A stretch of 64,000 nt of DNA, taken from NCBI GenBank assembly GCA_964016885.1, contig OZ024765.1, forward strand, positions 23,250,001 to 23,314,000, in the 5' to 3' direction. Positions 26,325 through 39,842 of the stretch are shown in pieces. Source of the DNA: Eledone cirrhosa (lineage: Eukaryota). The first letter of the stretch is position 1; each line of letters begins with the position of its first letter. A program made the translations under genes and the position numbers. Below the pieces are notes generated by a model, which searched no databases, had not been told where the DNA came from, and saw only the letters and a list, made by a program, of their open reading frames with translations.

Positions 26325-27500
26325 ATAGAAGTGGTAACACAACAGTTAGTTCACCATATCGAGAACAATTGTTTCACCTTAGCGGATCTGTAGCTCATAA
26401 TGGACATGGTTATACGGAACAGCTCATAATGGACATGGTGAACGCACATACACAGGAACAGTCACTTCAGCCAGGCAATACAAAACTGTGTGTGAGAGGT
26501 GTAAGGGAGATAACTGTGAAAGTTTCTAGTTAAGAAAATTAGGATGTTGTTGTTGTTCAATCCGGAGCTTTGTAGTTATGTAAAAGGTGTTTCCAGACAT
26601 GTGGACAACGCGTGAAGAATTAATTTCTTAAGTTTAGGCAATCACTATTGCGTAATCTCTTTAGAATATTTATATGTTCATCAATACATAGTCCACACGA
26701 CGGATTGCCCCTTGCATATGGCTTGGACTTAGTGATGGCTTTCCATTGAATGGACCATATGTGGCTCGTGAGTTTCGTGGATGATCGGTTGTCCAGGTAC
26801 CTAAAGGTCGACTGGTGGTTCAGGAAGCGCTCCTTAAATCAGCCCTCCGCCATACCTACATAAAGATTTGACCTCCTGTGGTTGATTTGGTCGGTTGGAA
26901 GTGACCACAGTTTCATAAACTACAGCGGGTGTGTTGCATTGCTGTTGAAGGGGACAAGCTTCAGGCTTTCAGCAAGAGCACCTTTGTGGCTTGTTGCTCT
27001 TGCCGAAAGCCTGAAGTTCCATCCAATGGAAAGCCATCACTAAGTCCAAGCCATACGCAAGGGACAATCCGTAGTGTGTGGACTATGTATTGATGAATGG
27101 ATAAATATTCTAAAGAGATTATGCAATAATGATTGCCTAAACTCAAGAAATGAATTCTTCACACGTCCACATGTCTGGAAACACCTCTTACATAACTACA
27201 AAGCTCCGGATTGAATTACAACAACATCCTAATTTTCTTATCAACTAGAAACTTTTGGACTTTCGCAGTTATCTCCCTTAAACCTCTTGCACGCAGTTTT
27301 GTATTGCCTGAATGAAGTGACTGTTCCTGCACATGCGCGTTCATACGATTTTCCTTCCTGTTCTGTATAACCATGTCCATTACGAGCTGAAGATCAGCTA
27401 AGGTGAAACAATTGTTCTCGATATGGTGAACTAACTGTTGTGTAACCACTTCTACCCAACTCGTCCCTTGAACTGAGTGCTCTACTACTACGGATATTAC
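26325..27500. mobile_element. Two degraded Penelope-like 3' fragments (GIY-YIG) arranged head to head
   Basis: Minus strand reads CPLQQQCNTPAVVYE...YVG...FKERFLNHQSTF...HIW..WKAITKSKPY; 27015-27455 is an inverted homolog of 26325-26755. Confidence 0.75.
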
Positions 27501-27681
27501 CTACCACTATATATATATCACAGAAAATAGAGAATCAGGGTTGCGACGAAAGGAATTTATTGGACATATTACAATAAATATATATATATGTTCCGAAGAG
27601 ATTGTTTTGGTAAAAACAGGAGCAAGCAGGAGAAAGCACTCAACATTCGTAGTTTGTATTTACGATGGAGATTCAGTATAA

Positions 27682-28005
27682 TAATTGTCCCTACTTTAGG
27701 CACAAGGCCAGCAATTACCCAGTGCATTACTGGTACTTTATTTTATCGACCCCGTAAGAATGAAAGGCAAAGTTAACCTCGGCGGGATTAGAACTCAGAA
27801 TGGCAAGGGCCGTAACTCTATGCGTCAAAGCATGGTGTCCGACCCTCTACCGATACTGCCAATCCACCGCCCTTCCTTCAGTATATTAATTGTTTCTACG
27901 TTAGGCACAAGGCCAGCAATTACCCAGTGCATTACTGGTACTTTTAATAACTGTTTCTACTTTAGGCACAAGGCCAGCAATTACCCAGTGCATTACTGGT
28001 ACTTT
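27682..28005 (-). mobile_element. SINE family A with two extra tail duplications
   Basis: Reverse complement of the SINE-A consensus; tails repeated at 27888-27945 and 27950-28005. Confidence 0.85.
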
Positions 28006-28054
28006 TAATAACATTAATAAAGATGCTTTGTTGTTGTTGTTATAATAACAACAA

Positions 28055-28245
28055 GGCGGTGGATTGGCAGTATCGGTAGAGGGTCGGACGCCATGCTTTG
28101 ACGCATAGAGTTACGGCCCTTGCCATTCTAAGTTCTAATCTCGCCGAGGTTAACTTTGCCTTTCATCCTTTACGGGGTCGATAAAATAAAGTACCAGTAA
28201 TGCACTGGGTAATTTGCTGGCCTTGTGCCTAAAGTAGAAACAGTT
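28055..28245 (+). mobile_element. SINE family A, full length
   Basis: GGCGGTGGATTGGCAGTATCGG ... GTGCCTAAAGTAGAAAC. Confidence 0.88.
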
Positions 28246-28381
28246 ATAATAACAACAAATGCATGAATTACATCTTGATTCCATGAGAGAACCGTTGAAA
28301 TAATTATAATGAATAAACGATTTTTGTAACATCAGCATCTTTATTAATGTTGTTGTTTTATATATTTGTTGTTTACTGTAG

Positions 28382-28492
28382 GGCTGGTTGTCTTCTTTAT
28401 CCACCGTCAGAAGATGACATAACATGTGAAGGGGATGTGGGTTCCTATCTGCAGGCAAAGATGTTGTCACTGCACACTGTACCACCTCCAAA
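28382..28492 (+). CDS. PINK1-like kinase exon D (111 nt, C-terminal extension)
   Basis: Acceptor gtttactgtAG, donor AA|GTAAGT, phase 2/2; continues frame AGCLLYPPSEDD...HTVPPP. Confidence 0.8.
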
Positions 28493-28534
28493 GTAAGTCT
28501 CTCTCTCTCTCTCTCTCTCACTGTACCACCTCCA

Positions 28535-28572
<38 letters not shown>

Positions 28573-28622
28573 ACCACCTCCAAAGTAAGTCTCTCTCTCT
28601 CTCTCTCACTGTACCACCTCCA

Positions 28623-28668
<46 letters not shown>

Positions 28669-29855
28669 ACCACCTCCAAAGTAAGTCTCTCTCTCTCTCT
28701 CTCTCACTGTACCACCTCCAAAGTAAGTCTCTCTCTCTCTCTCTTACTGTACCACCTCCAAAGTAAGTCTCTCTCACTGTACCACCTCCAAAGTAAGTCT
28801 CTCTCTCTCACTGTACCACCTCCAAAGTAAGTCTCTCTCTCTCTCTCCCTCACTGTACCACCTCCAAAGTAAGTCTCTCTCTCTCTCACTCACTGTACCA
28901 CCTCCAAAGTAAGTCTCTCTCTCTCTCCCTCTCTCACTGTACCACCTCCAAAGTAAGTCTCTCTCTCTCTCTCACTGTATCACCTCCAAAGTAAGTCTCT
29001 CTCTCTCTCTCTCACTGTACCACCTCCAAAGTAAGTCTCTCTCTCTCTCTCTCTCTCACTGTACCACCTCCAAAGTAAGTCTCTCTCTCTCTCTCTCTCT
29101 CACTGTACCACCTCCAAAGTAAGTCTCTCTCTCTCTCTCTCTCACTGTACCACCTCCAAAGTAAGTCTCTCTCTCTCTCTCACTGTACCACCTCCAAAGT
29201 AAGTCTCTCTCTCTCCCTCTCTCTCTCTCTCTCACTGTACCACCTCCAAAGTAAGTCTCTCTCTCTCTCTCTCTCACTGTACCACCTCCAAAGTAAGTCT
29301 CTCTCTCTCTCTCACTGTACCACCTCCAAAGTAAGTCTCTCTCTCTCTCTCACTGTACCACCTCCAAAGTAAGTCTCTCTCTCTCTCTCCTCTCACTGTA
29401 CCACCTCCAAAGTAAGTCTCTCTCTCTCTCTCACTGTACCACCTCCAAAGTAAGTCTCTCTCTCTCTCCTCTCACTGTACCACCTCCAAAGTAAGTCTCT
29501 CTCTCTCTCTCCCTCTCACTGTACCACCTCCAAAGTAAGTCTCTCTCTCTCTCTCACTGTACCACCTCCAAAGTAAGTCTCTCTCTCTCTCCCTCTCACT
29601 GTACCACCTCCAAAGTAAGTCTCTCTCTCTCTCTCTCTCTCACTGTACCACCTCCAAAGTAAGTCTCTCTCTCTCTCTCACTGTACCACCTCCAAAGTAA
29701 GTCTCTCTCTCTCCTCTCACTGTACCACCTCCAAAGTAAGTCTCTCTCTCTCCTCTCACTGTACCACCTCCAAAGTAAGTCTCTCTCTCTCTCCTCTCAC
29801 TGTACCACCTCCAAAGTAAGTCTCTCTCTCTCTCCCTCTCACTGTACCACCTCCA

Positions 29856-29893
<38 letters not shown>

Positions 29894-29980
29894 ACCACCT
29901 CCAAAGTAAGTCTCTCTCTCTCTCTCACTGTACCACCTCCAAAGTAAGTCTCTCTCTCCTCTCTCACTGTACCACCTCCA

Positions 29981-30011
<31 letters not shown>

Positions 30012-30026
30012 ACTGTACCACCTCCA

Positions 30027-30064
<38 letters not shown>

Positions 30065-30116
30065 ACCACCTCCAAAGTAAGTCTCTCTCTCTCTCCCTCT
30101 CACTGTACCACCTCCA

Positions 30117-30162
<46 letters not shown>

Positions 30163-30392
30163 ACCACCTCCAAAGTAAGTCTCTCTCTCTCTCTCTCACT
30201 GTACCACCTCCAAAGTAAGTCTCTCTCTCTCTCAATGTACCACCTCCAAAGTAAGTCTCTCTCACTGTACCACCTCCAAAGTAAGTCTCTCTCTCTCTCT
30301 CTCTCACTGTACCACCTCCAAAGTAAGTCTCTCTCTCTCTCTCTCTCAATGTACCACCTCCAAAGTAAGTCTCTCTCACTGTACCACCTCCA

Positions 30393-30423
<31 letters not shown>

Positions 30424-30474
30424 ACTGTACCACCTCCAAAGTAAGTCTCTCTCTCTCTCACTGTACCACCTCCA

Positions 30475-30505
<31 letters not shown>

Positions 30506-30556
30506 ACTGTACCACCTCCAAAGTAAATCTCTCTCTCTCTCACTGTACCACCTCCA

Positions 30557-30587
<31 letters not shown>

Positions 30588-30710
30588 ACTGTACCACCTC
30601 CAAAGTAAGTCTCTCTCTCTCTCACTGTACCACCTCCAAAGTAAGTCTCTCTCTCTCTCACTGTACCACCTCCAAAGTAAGTCTCTCTCTCTCTCACTGT
30701 ACCACCTCCA

Positions 30711-30741
<31 letters not shown>

Positions 30742-30756
30742 ACTGTACCACCTCCA

Positions 30757-30794
<38 letters not shown>

Positions 30795-30804
30795 ACCACC
30801 TCCA

Positions 30805-30835
<31 letters not shown>

Positions 30836-30922
30836 ACTGTACCACCTCCAAAGTAAGTCTCTCTCTCTCTCACTGTACCACCTCCAAAGTAAGTCTCTCT
30901 CTCTCTCACTGTACCACCTCCA

Positions 30923-30953
<31 letters not shown>

Positions 30954-31690
30954 ACTGTACCACCTCCAAAGTAAGTCTCTCTCTCTCTCACTGTACCACC
31001 TCCAAAGTAAGTCTCTCTCTCTCCCTCTCACTGTACCACCTCCAAAGTAAGTCTCTCTCTCTCTCACTGTACCACCTCCAAAGTAAGTCTCTCTCTCTCT
31101 CACTGTACCACCTCCAAAGTAAGTCTCTCTCCCTCTCACTGTACCACCTCCAAAGTAAGTCTCTCTCTCTCTCCCTCTCCCTCTCTCACTGTACCACCTC
31201 CAAAGTAAGTCCTCTCTCTCTCTCTCTCTCACTGTACCACCTCCAAAGTAAGTCTCTCTCTCTCTCAATGTACCACCTCCAAAGTAAGTCTCTCTCTCTC
31301 TCTCACTGTACCACCTCCAAAGTAAGTCTCTCTCTCTCTCCCTCTCTCACTGTACCACCTCCAAAGTAAGTCTCTCTCTCTCCCTCTCTCTCTCTCTGTA
31401 CCACCTCCAATGTAAGTCTCTCTCTCTCTCACTGTACCACCTCCAAAGTAAGTCTCTCTCTCTCTCTCTCTCCCTCTCTCTCCCTCTCTCTGTCTCTCAC
31501 TGTACCACCTCCAAAGTAAGTCTCTCTCTCTCTCCCTCTCTCTCTCTCTCTCACTGTACCACCTCCAAAGTAAGTCTCTCTCTCTCTCCCTCTCTCTCCC
31601 TCTCTCTGTCTCTCACTGTACCACCTCCAAAGTAAGTCTCTCTCTCTCTCCCTCTCTCTCTCTCACTGTACCACCTCCAAAGTCTCTCTC
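28474..31690 (+). repeat. Tandem array (~80 units) of CACTGTACCACCTCCAAA|GTAAGT(CT)n
   Basis: First unit is the real exon D end plus donor. Confidence 0.95.
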
Positions 31691-31804
31691 TCTGCCCCCC
31701 CCCCCCCTCTCCCATCTTCCCCTCCCTCTCTCTCTCTACTCTACAATAATTACCCCTCCCCCCTTGCCAATATTATTTATGTTGTGTCACTTCTTCCCTT
31801 TCAG

Positions 31805-31970
31805 TATCCCAGAAGAGTCCATGTATGGCGAAGGGATGTGTAGCGTGGTGGAGAGTATCTGTTTGACTTCTGACCTCTTGGAGGCTCACTTCCTGTCGAC
31901 AGTCACAGCTAAGGAATTCTGGGAAGTTTATCAAACCTTTGTCCTTCACATGTCAAACATTGTCACATGA
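31805..31970 (+). CDS. PINK1-like kinase terminal coding exon E
   Basis: Acceptor ttcttccctttcAG, phase 2 fits exon D; IPEES...EAHFLSTVTAKEFW...VT then TGA. Confidence 0.78.
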
Positions 31971-32046
31971 CTATTTCCACCAATCACTTGGCTCCGTTTA
32001 TCACACTCGGTTATTATATTTTTCCTCACTCACACTCAAAGACAGT

Positions 32047-32535
32047 CACACTACCAGCCACACACACACACACAGACATACACACACACTACCAGCCACA
32101 CACACACACACACAGACATACACACACACTACCAGCCACACACACACACAGACACACACATACACACACTACCAGCCACACACACACACAGACATACACA
32201 CACATACACACACTACCAGCCACACACACACACAGACATACACACACACACACATACATACACTACCAGTCACACACACGCACAGACATACACACACACT
32301 ACCAGCCACACACACGCACAGACATACACACACACTACCAGCCACACACATGCACACTACCAGCCACACACACACACAGACATACACACACATACCAGCT
32401 ACACACACACACACAGACATACACACATACATACGCAGTCACACAAAAATATATGCACAGACATACACATGAATATACCTGCATAGATACACACACACAG
32501 ATAACAGCATACGTACACACACACACATAAATGCA
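32047..32535. repeat. (CA)n-rich minisatellite with ctaccagc anchors
   Basis: Direct inspection. Confidence 0.9.
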
Positions 32536-32536
32536 C

Positions 32537-34516
32537 ATACATACACATAGAGGCAGACACACAAATGCATGCCCACATGCCTACTAATACATACACATAG
32601 AGGCAGACACACACAAATGCATGCCCACATGCCTACTAATACATACACATAGAGGCAGACACACACAAATGCATGCCCACATGCCTACTAATACATACAC
32701 ATAGAGGCAGACACACACAAATGCATGCCCACATGCCTACTAATACATACACATAGAGGCAGACACACAAATGCATGCCCACATGCCTACTAATACATAC
32801 ACATAGAGGCAGACACACACAAATGCATGCCCACATGCCTACTAATACATACACATAGAGGCAGACACACACAAATGCATGCCCACATGCCTACTAATAC
32901 ATACACATACAGGCAGACACACACAAATGCATGCCCACATGCCTACTAATACATACACATACAGGCAGACACACACAAATGCATGCCCACATGCCTACTA
33001 ATACATACACATAGAGGCAGACACACACAAATGCATGCCCACATGCCTACTAATACATACACATAGAGGCAGACACACACAATTGCATGCCCACATGCCT
33101 ACTAATACATACACATACAGGCAGACACACACAAATGCATGCCCACATGCCTACTAATACATACACATAGAGGCAGACACACACAATTGCATGCCCACAT
33201 GCCTACTAATACATACACATACAGGCAGACACACACAATTGCATGCCCACATGCCTACTAATACATACACATAGAGGCAGACACACACAATTGCATGCCC
33301 ACATGCCTACTAATACATACACATAGAGGCAGACACACACAAATGCATGCCCACATGCCTACTAATACATACACATACAGGCAGACACACACAAATGCAT
33401 GCCCACATGCCTACTAATACATACACATACAGGCAGACACACACAAATGCATGCCCACATGCCTACTAATACATACACATAGAGGCAGACACACACAAAT
33501 GCATGCCCACATGCCTACTAATACATACACATAGAGGCAGACACACACAAATGCATGCCCACATGCCTACTAATACATACACATACAGGCAGACACACAC
33601 AAATGCATGCCCACATGCCTACTAATACATACACATACAGGCAGACACACACAAATGCATGCCCACATGCCTACTAATACATACACATAGAGGCAGACAC
33701 ACACAAATGCATGCCCACATGCCTACTAATACATACACATAGAGGCAGACACACACAAATGCATGCCCACATGCCTACTAATACATACACATACAGGCAG
33801 ACACACACAATTGCATGCCCACATGCCTACTAATACATACACATAGAGGCAGACACACACAAATGCATGCCCACATGCCTACTAATACATACACATACAG
33901 GCAGACACACACAAATGCATGCCCACATGCCTACTAATACATACACATAGAGGCAGACACACACAATTGCATGCCCACATGCCTACTAATACATACACAT
34001 AGAGGCAGACACACACAAATGCATGCCCACATGCCTACTAATACATACACATACAGGCAGACACACACAAATGCATGCCCACATGCCTACTAATACATAC
34101 ACATACAGGCAGACACACACAAATGCATGCCCACATGCCTACTAATACATACACATACAGGCAGACACACACAAATGCATGCCCACATGCCTACTAATAC
34201 ATACACATAGAGGCAGACACACAAATGCATGCCCACATGCCTACTAATACATACACATACAGGCAGACACACACAAATGCATGCCCACATGCCTACTAAT
34301 ACATACACATAGAGGCAGACACACACAAATGCATGCCCACATGCCTACTAATACATACACATACAGGCAGACACACACAAATGCATGCCCACATGCCTAC
34401 TAATACATACACATACAGGCAGAAACACACAAATGCATGCCCACATGCCTACTAATACATACACATAGAGGCAGACACACACAAATGCATGCCCACATGC
34501 CTACTAATACATACAT
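32537..34516. repeat. 52-bp minisatellite (~38 copies)
   Basis: Unit acatacacatagaggcagacacacacaaatgcatgcccacatgcctactaat. Confidence 0.96.
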
Positions 34517-34603
34517 ATAAGAAGGAAACAAACTTAAACCCTAACTAATTCCTCTAATTTCATAGTTCATTTAATCTCTCCTTCATTCATATTATATCCT
34601 TAA

Positions 34604-34862
34604 AGCTCAAAACCCGCCGAGGTTACTTTGCCTTTCATCCTTAAGGGGTCGATAAAATAAATTACCAGTAATACACTGGGATAATTGCTGGCCTTGTGCC
34701 AAAAATAGAAACAATTATTACTATTAATACTGAGTTCAAATCATTCTGAGTTCAAATCCCGCCGAGGTTAACTTTGCCTTTCATCCTTACGACGTCGATA
34801 AAATAAAGTACCAGTAATACACTGGGATAATTGCTGGCCTTGTGCCAAAAGTAGAAACGATT
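34604..34862 (+). mobile_element. Two 5'-truncated SINE-A copies in tandem
   Basis: B-box through tail, twice. Confidence 0.85.
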
Positions 34863-34895
34863 ATATCCTTAATATTTTTGTGTTAATAATACATA

Positions 34896-35255
34896 TATAG
34901 CGAAATACTGGGTTGTATGAATGTAACAAGGACGCGTGGTTTGTGTGTATAATATTTAATTAACAATATGTGGATATATAGAACAGTATAGTTGACATGT
35001 CAATGAATAGATGTAAGAATGAAACAAAGTTATTAGTTACCGTTTGATTGCCAGGCGAACGTGGCTGGCAGAAGACGCCGGAAGGGCAAATGAGAGATAG
35101 GGAGCCGAAAGCTATTCGTTTTATAGGGCTCTGCCGGAAGTGATAAAAAGGGTTCTATCACCCCAACGGGAAGCAACTCCAACTACTTCCCGTCTACAGA
35201 GCGTTACTCCATTGGTGATGTGAGTGTCACAACAAGGGAGGCAACTCCTGCTACA
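34896..35255 (-). mobile_element. Solo LTR (Gypsy-like)
   Basis: Inverted termini TATAGC(G)...(T)GCTACA, 4-bp TSD CATA on both sides, minus-strand TATAAAA. Confidence 0.65.
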
Positions 35256-35864
35256 CATATTAATAAATTCCTTTTCGCACATATTATTAAACCCTTCAAT
35301 ATATAAACCTTAAATAAATACTATTCTTAATTCCTTTTTCTTTAATCATAAACATCACCATTCATAAACCTCGTAAATAACGTTTTATTTCAAAATCTTT
35401 TTAAATTATCTATTATCTCTCAACCGTTTTTTTTTATTTCTCTCTGTTGAGACAGTATTTTCTCAGTTTTAAAGGCTATTTCTCTCTCACTATCACTCAT
35501 TTCTCCTCCTCTATCATCCTTCTTTCTTATACTCTTCCCCCGTCATCCTTTATTTTCTTTCTCCCTCTTCCTTACCTTTTCCTACCCCCCCCCCCTCCTT
35601 TTTTTTCCAAATCTCATATACCATCTTACTTTATTTTTCATATGTAGATTTAACACTTCACTGCTCGCAAGTGTTTTTTAACTTCATATCATGTCTCCCT
35701 ATTTTAACTGATGAGAATGCAAGCATCATCCCATAATGATATTTGTTTTTGAAATGCGCATAATAAAATACATGGAACTCTTTTAACCATCTTTTGATCT
35801 TATATTATATGTATATATATATATGTATATATGTATATATATATATATAGATATATATATATAT

Positions 35865-38800
35865 CATCATCATCATTATCATTTTACGTCCGCTTTTCCC
35901 TGCTTGCAAGGGTGGGACGGGTCCTATTCAGTACAGCATCTCTCCACTTGTCACGGTCCTTCGTCATCTCCACTGTGAGCTTCAGCGATCTGAGGTCTGT
36001 TCTCACCCCGGCCGCCCATGATTTTCGTGGTCTACCTCTACCACGTCTTCCTTCAACTGGCAATTCCTGGCACTTCTTCACCCATCGGTCATCCTCCATG
36101 CACATCACATGTCCATACCACCGCAGTGTCCTCTCTCGCACACTACATTCTATCTCTCTCAGACACAGTTTCTCTCTCAACACATCACATGTCCATACCA
36201 TCTCAGTCTCCTCTCCCACACTCTACAACTTATCCCTCTCAGACACCTTTTCTCTCTCAACTCATCACATGTCCATACCATCTCAGTCTTGTCTCCCACA
36301 TTACAACTTATCCCTCTTATACACAGTTTCTCTCTCAACTCATCACATGTCCATACCACCTCAGTCTCCTCTCCCGCACACTACATTCTATCCAACTCAG
36401 ACACAGTTTCTCTCTCAACACATTCATGCTGGGTCGTTCACGCACATTGACACTGCACATCCAATGGAGCATGCTTGCCTCATTTCTCTCCAGCCATCAC
36501 ATATCCTCTGCAGTTGTTGCCCATGTCTCACTACCATGCAGCATTGTGCTCCTCACACAGGCATCTTACAACCAGCCTTTCGTACGCAGGGAGAAACCCT
36601 TCTTTGTCAGCAGAGGAAGCAGCTCCCTAAACTTCTTCTAACCCGTCCTTATTCTAGATACTATGCCCCCCCCCCCCCCTCCCCCATGATAATCTGATCT
36701 CCTAGGTACCGGAAGCTATCCACCACTTCTATAGCACCTTTCTGCATTTGAAAAATGTGTCTATCAATGCGACTTCTACTTTCTAATTTCCCTGTACATC
36801 TGCTGCATACATATTTCTCCCTACCTGTTAGTTTGCCTGCTAACCCGCTACATCTCTTGTGTACCCAGTATCTGCATTGTGCATTTTATAGAATTTATGC
36901 CAGTTCCTTTTCTGCATATCGAACATGGCCATTTCCCTGACGGAATCAGGGTTTTGTCCTCTTTTCTACTCATCAACACTTTTGTCTTAGCTAGGTTCAC
37001 TCTAGGTCCTCTTGCTTCCAACTGCTGTTTCCAGAGCCAGAATTTATTCTCTAGCTCCTCTACTGATTCTGCTATAAGAACCAGATCATCAGCATAGAGA
37101 AGTTCCCATGGATAGCCAGTCTTAAACTCCTCTGTTATGGCTTGGAGGACTATAATGAACAAGAGCGGGCTGAGGACTGAACCTTGATGTACTCCTACTT
37201 GTATCTGGAATTCCTCACTAAACTCCATTCCTACCCTGACTTTACTGACAATACCTCTGTACAAAGTTTGCACTGTCCTCACAAGCCATTCCTCAACACC
37301 TAGTTTCCTTAGGGACCACCAGATAACAGATCGGGGTACCCTATCAAAGGCCTTCTCTAGGTCAACAAAGGCTAAGTATAGTGGCTTATTTTTCTCTAAG
37401 AACCTCTCTTGCAATTGTCTCACCAAGAAGAGGGCATCTGTTGTACTCTTCCCAGGCACAAAACCAAACTGCATCTCATCTAGTTTGATCCTTTCTCTAA
37501 TTAGTTGTGCTAATATCCTTTCTGCCACTTTCATAACCTGATCCATCAGTTTTATACCCCTATAATTGCTCCTCTCCAGTGCATCCCCTTTACCTTTGTA
37601 GCAATTTATGAGAATAGTGCTGCACCAGTCTTTGGGTATGACACCACCATATATAGCCTGATTGATGATGCGTGCAACCAGTTTAGTGCCTACGTCCCCT
37701 GATGCCTTCAGCATCTCAGCAACTATTCCCGATGGTCCAGCAGCCTTACCATTTTTCATTTCCTTAATTGTCTCTTGGACCCTATATTCGTCAATCTCAA
37801 TAGCTGGTCCCTCTGCCGGATCTACTGAGGGTAATTTCTCTCTCTCCCATTCGTTCTCCACATTCATCAGTCTCTCATAATGTCTTTTCCAGGCCTCCTT
37901 TTTCTGATCATTCGTGACACTAAGTACACCGGCATCGTTCCGGACACATTTATCTCCAACAACATCCTGATTTGCATTGACACACTGCCTTGCAATGTTG
38001 AACACCGCACGCCTCTGATCTTCCCGTCGCAGAACATTGGCAAACCTCCTACTCTCAGCCTCCCTGCCTGCTAAGTACACTTGATGTCTAGCTTCTCTCT
38101 TAGCGGCTGTACATTCTTCCCTACTCCCACCCTTTTTCCAAGCCTTCCATGCTAGTATTTTGTCTCTAATGGCCTTATCTTCTGTGCTGTTCCACCACCA
38201 GGTCACTCTCTGTCTGGTTGGACCTATGCTCCAGCCACAAGTTTCAACAGTAGCCTGCAGTAAGTTGTCACGTAAGAAATTCCAGTTATTATCTATGTCA
38301 TACCTCTCTAAATCGTCTTCTTTTTCATCATACACATCTTGAAGGGCTTTCCTAAATTTGTATTTTAGTGAAAGGTCTTTTAGCTTCCAGACCTTTCTTC
38401 TCCACACCTTCCTGTATGTCTCATTCCTTCTCTTGCTTACTGAGATATCACTAACGACTAACCTATGCTGTGGGGTACATTCTTCCCCAGGGTATGCCTT
38501 GGTATTAGACACTATCTGCCTGTCCCACTGCCTAACTAGTAAGAAGTCAATATGGCTTATGTGCTTGCCAGATTTGTAGGTTATTAGGTGGTTGGCAGGT
38601 TTCTGGAAGTTTGTGTTGCAAATAGTCGGTGTACTTGCATCACAAAATTCAAGAAGTCTCACTCCTTCTTCATTTCTTGAGCCGTAACCGTGCCCACCAT
38701 GTACCCCAGTGGTTTTTTGAAGTCCCCTGCTAGCATAACGATTTCTCCGTCCTCTGTCATTGCAGTTGTTTGTAAAAGTTGCTCGTAAAAGCAGTCTTTC

Positions 38801-39300
38801 TCATCTTTGCCTAGGCCGAGATGATTGTCAGTAGTCTCCTACCTACAACTAATCTAAGCTCATTCTATTACTAACTCGAACTACCTCTATTGTCTTATTG
38901 ATCCATCTCTCAGCCAGGAAAATGCCTACTCCCCCTAACCCATCATCCTTACCTACCCAGAATAGCTTATAGCTAAGACGCTTGCCTACGACTAGTCTCG
39001 CAGAGGCACCTCTCCATCTCACATCTTGCACGCAGCACAGATCCACCTGCCTTCTCTCCAGCATCTCCGCTATTTCAGCAGATTACCTCTGAGAGTGCCA
39101 ACATTAAGTGTTGCAACTCTGAGATGCGACATCTTCATATTTTGTTGTTGTTCCTATTTGTTGCTGTGCTGATAAGCGTTTTGGCATTGATACACTGGTT
39201 GGATGCCCTTCCTAACACCAGCGCCACTTTACAGCATGGACTGGGTGCTTTTATTTGTGCCACCAGCACTAGAGAGGATGTCTTACTAGACTCAAGGGCC
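35865..39300 (-). mobile_element. RTE-clade LINE, near full length, degraded
   Basis: APE (TLNVGTL, LCCVQDVRW), RT, C-terminal LRWYGHV..GRPRK, (GAT)n tail. Confidence 0.92.
36848..38662 (-). pseudogene. RTE ORF fragment: end of APE domain + RT
   Basis: KAAGPSG, NYRGIKL, QFGF, DLEKAFDRV, VHQGSVLSP, YADD; frameshifts on both sides. Confidence 0.9.
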
Positions 39301-39842
39301 CTCTCTACCCCTCCATTTTAGAGCATGGTCATTAAAAAAAAAAAACAAAAAAAGAAACAATTATTGACACGACACACAATCACACACCAACACTCATGCA
39401 TACAAACTACAAACACACAGCAACACTCACGCATACAAACACACACACCACTCACATACATACATACATATATTACCGGCAGTACTGATACAAAATCAAA
39501 ATCATGTCAACTGTTGACTTTTCCCATATCTATATATATATATAGATAAGTCTACCAAAATATACGGTAGTGTCCAATCCGTATGAAGAACTCAATGTAA
39601 TCCAAATATAGAAGATATCATGAAAAGAGAAGATACATTCAAAAATTTACGATAAAAATCATAGGAAAACTGAGTCAAGATAAATTAATAAAAACAATGA
39701 AATAAACACAAAGAACAAGTTCTTTATGTTATAAAATTCATCATTTTACGATCGTTTCTGGGATGTATATGTGCGTTGGTATGTATATCATATAGATCTA
39801 TGTTTTACATAGATCTATATGATATTAAAAATTTTTTTTTAG

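Noticed and set aside
28474-31690. CRISPR-like array (constant ~25-bp repeat, variable spacers)
   Set aside because: Spacers are only (CT)n of varying length, no cas genes, eukaryotic intron
28474-31690. Array of microexons or recursive splice sites
   Set aside because: No AG directly follows the pyrimidine tracts (they end in CAC) and there is no AG|GT ratchet motif; the AG overlaps the GT
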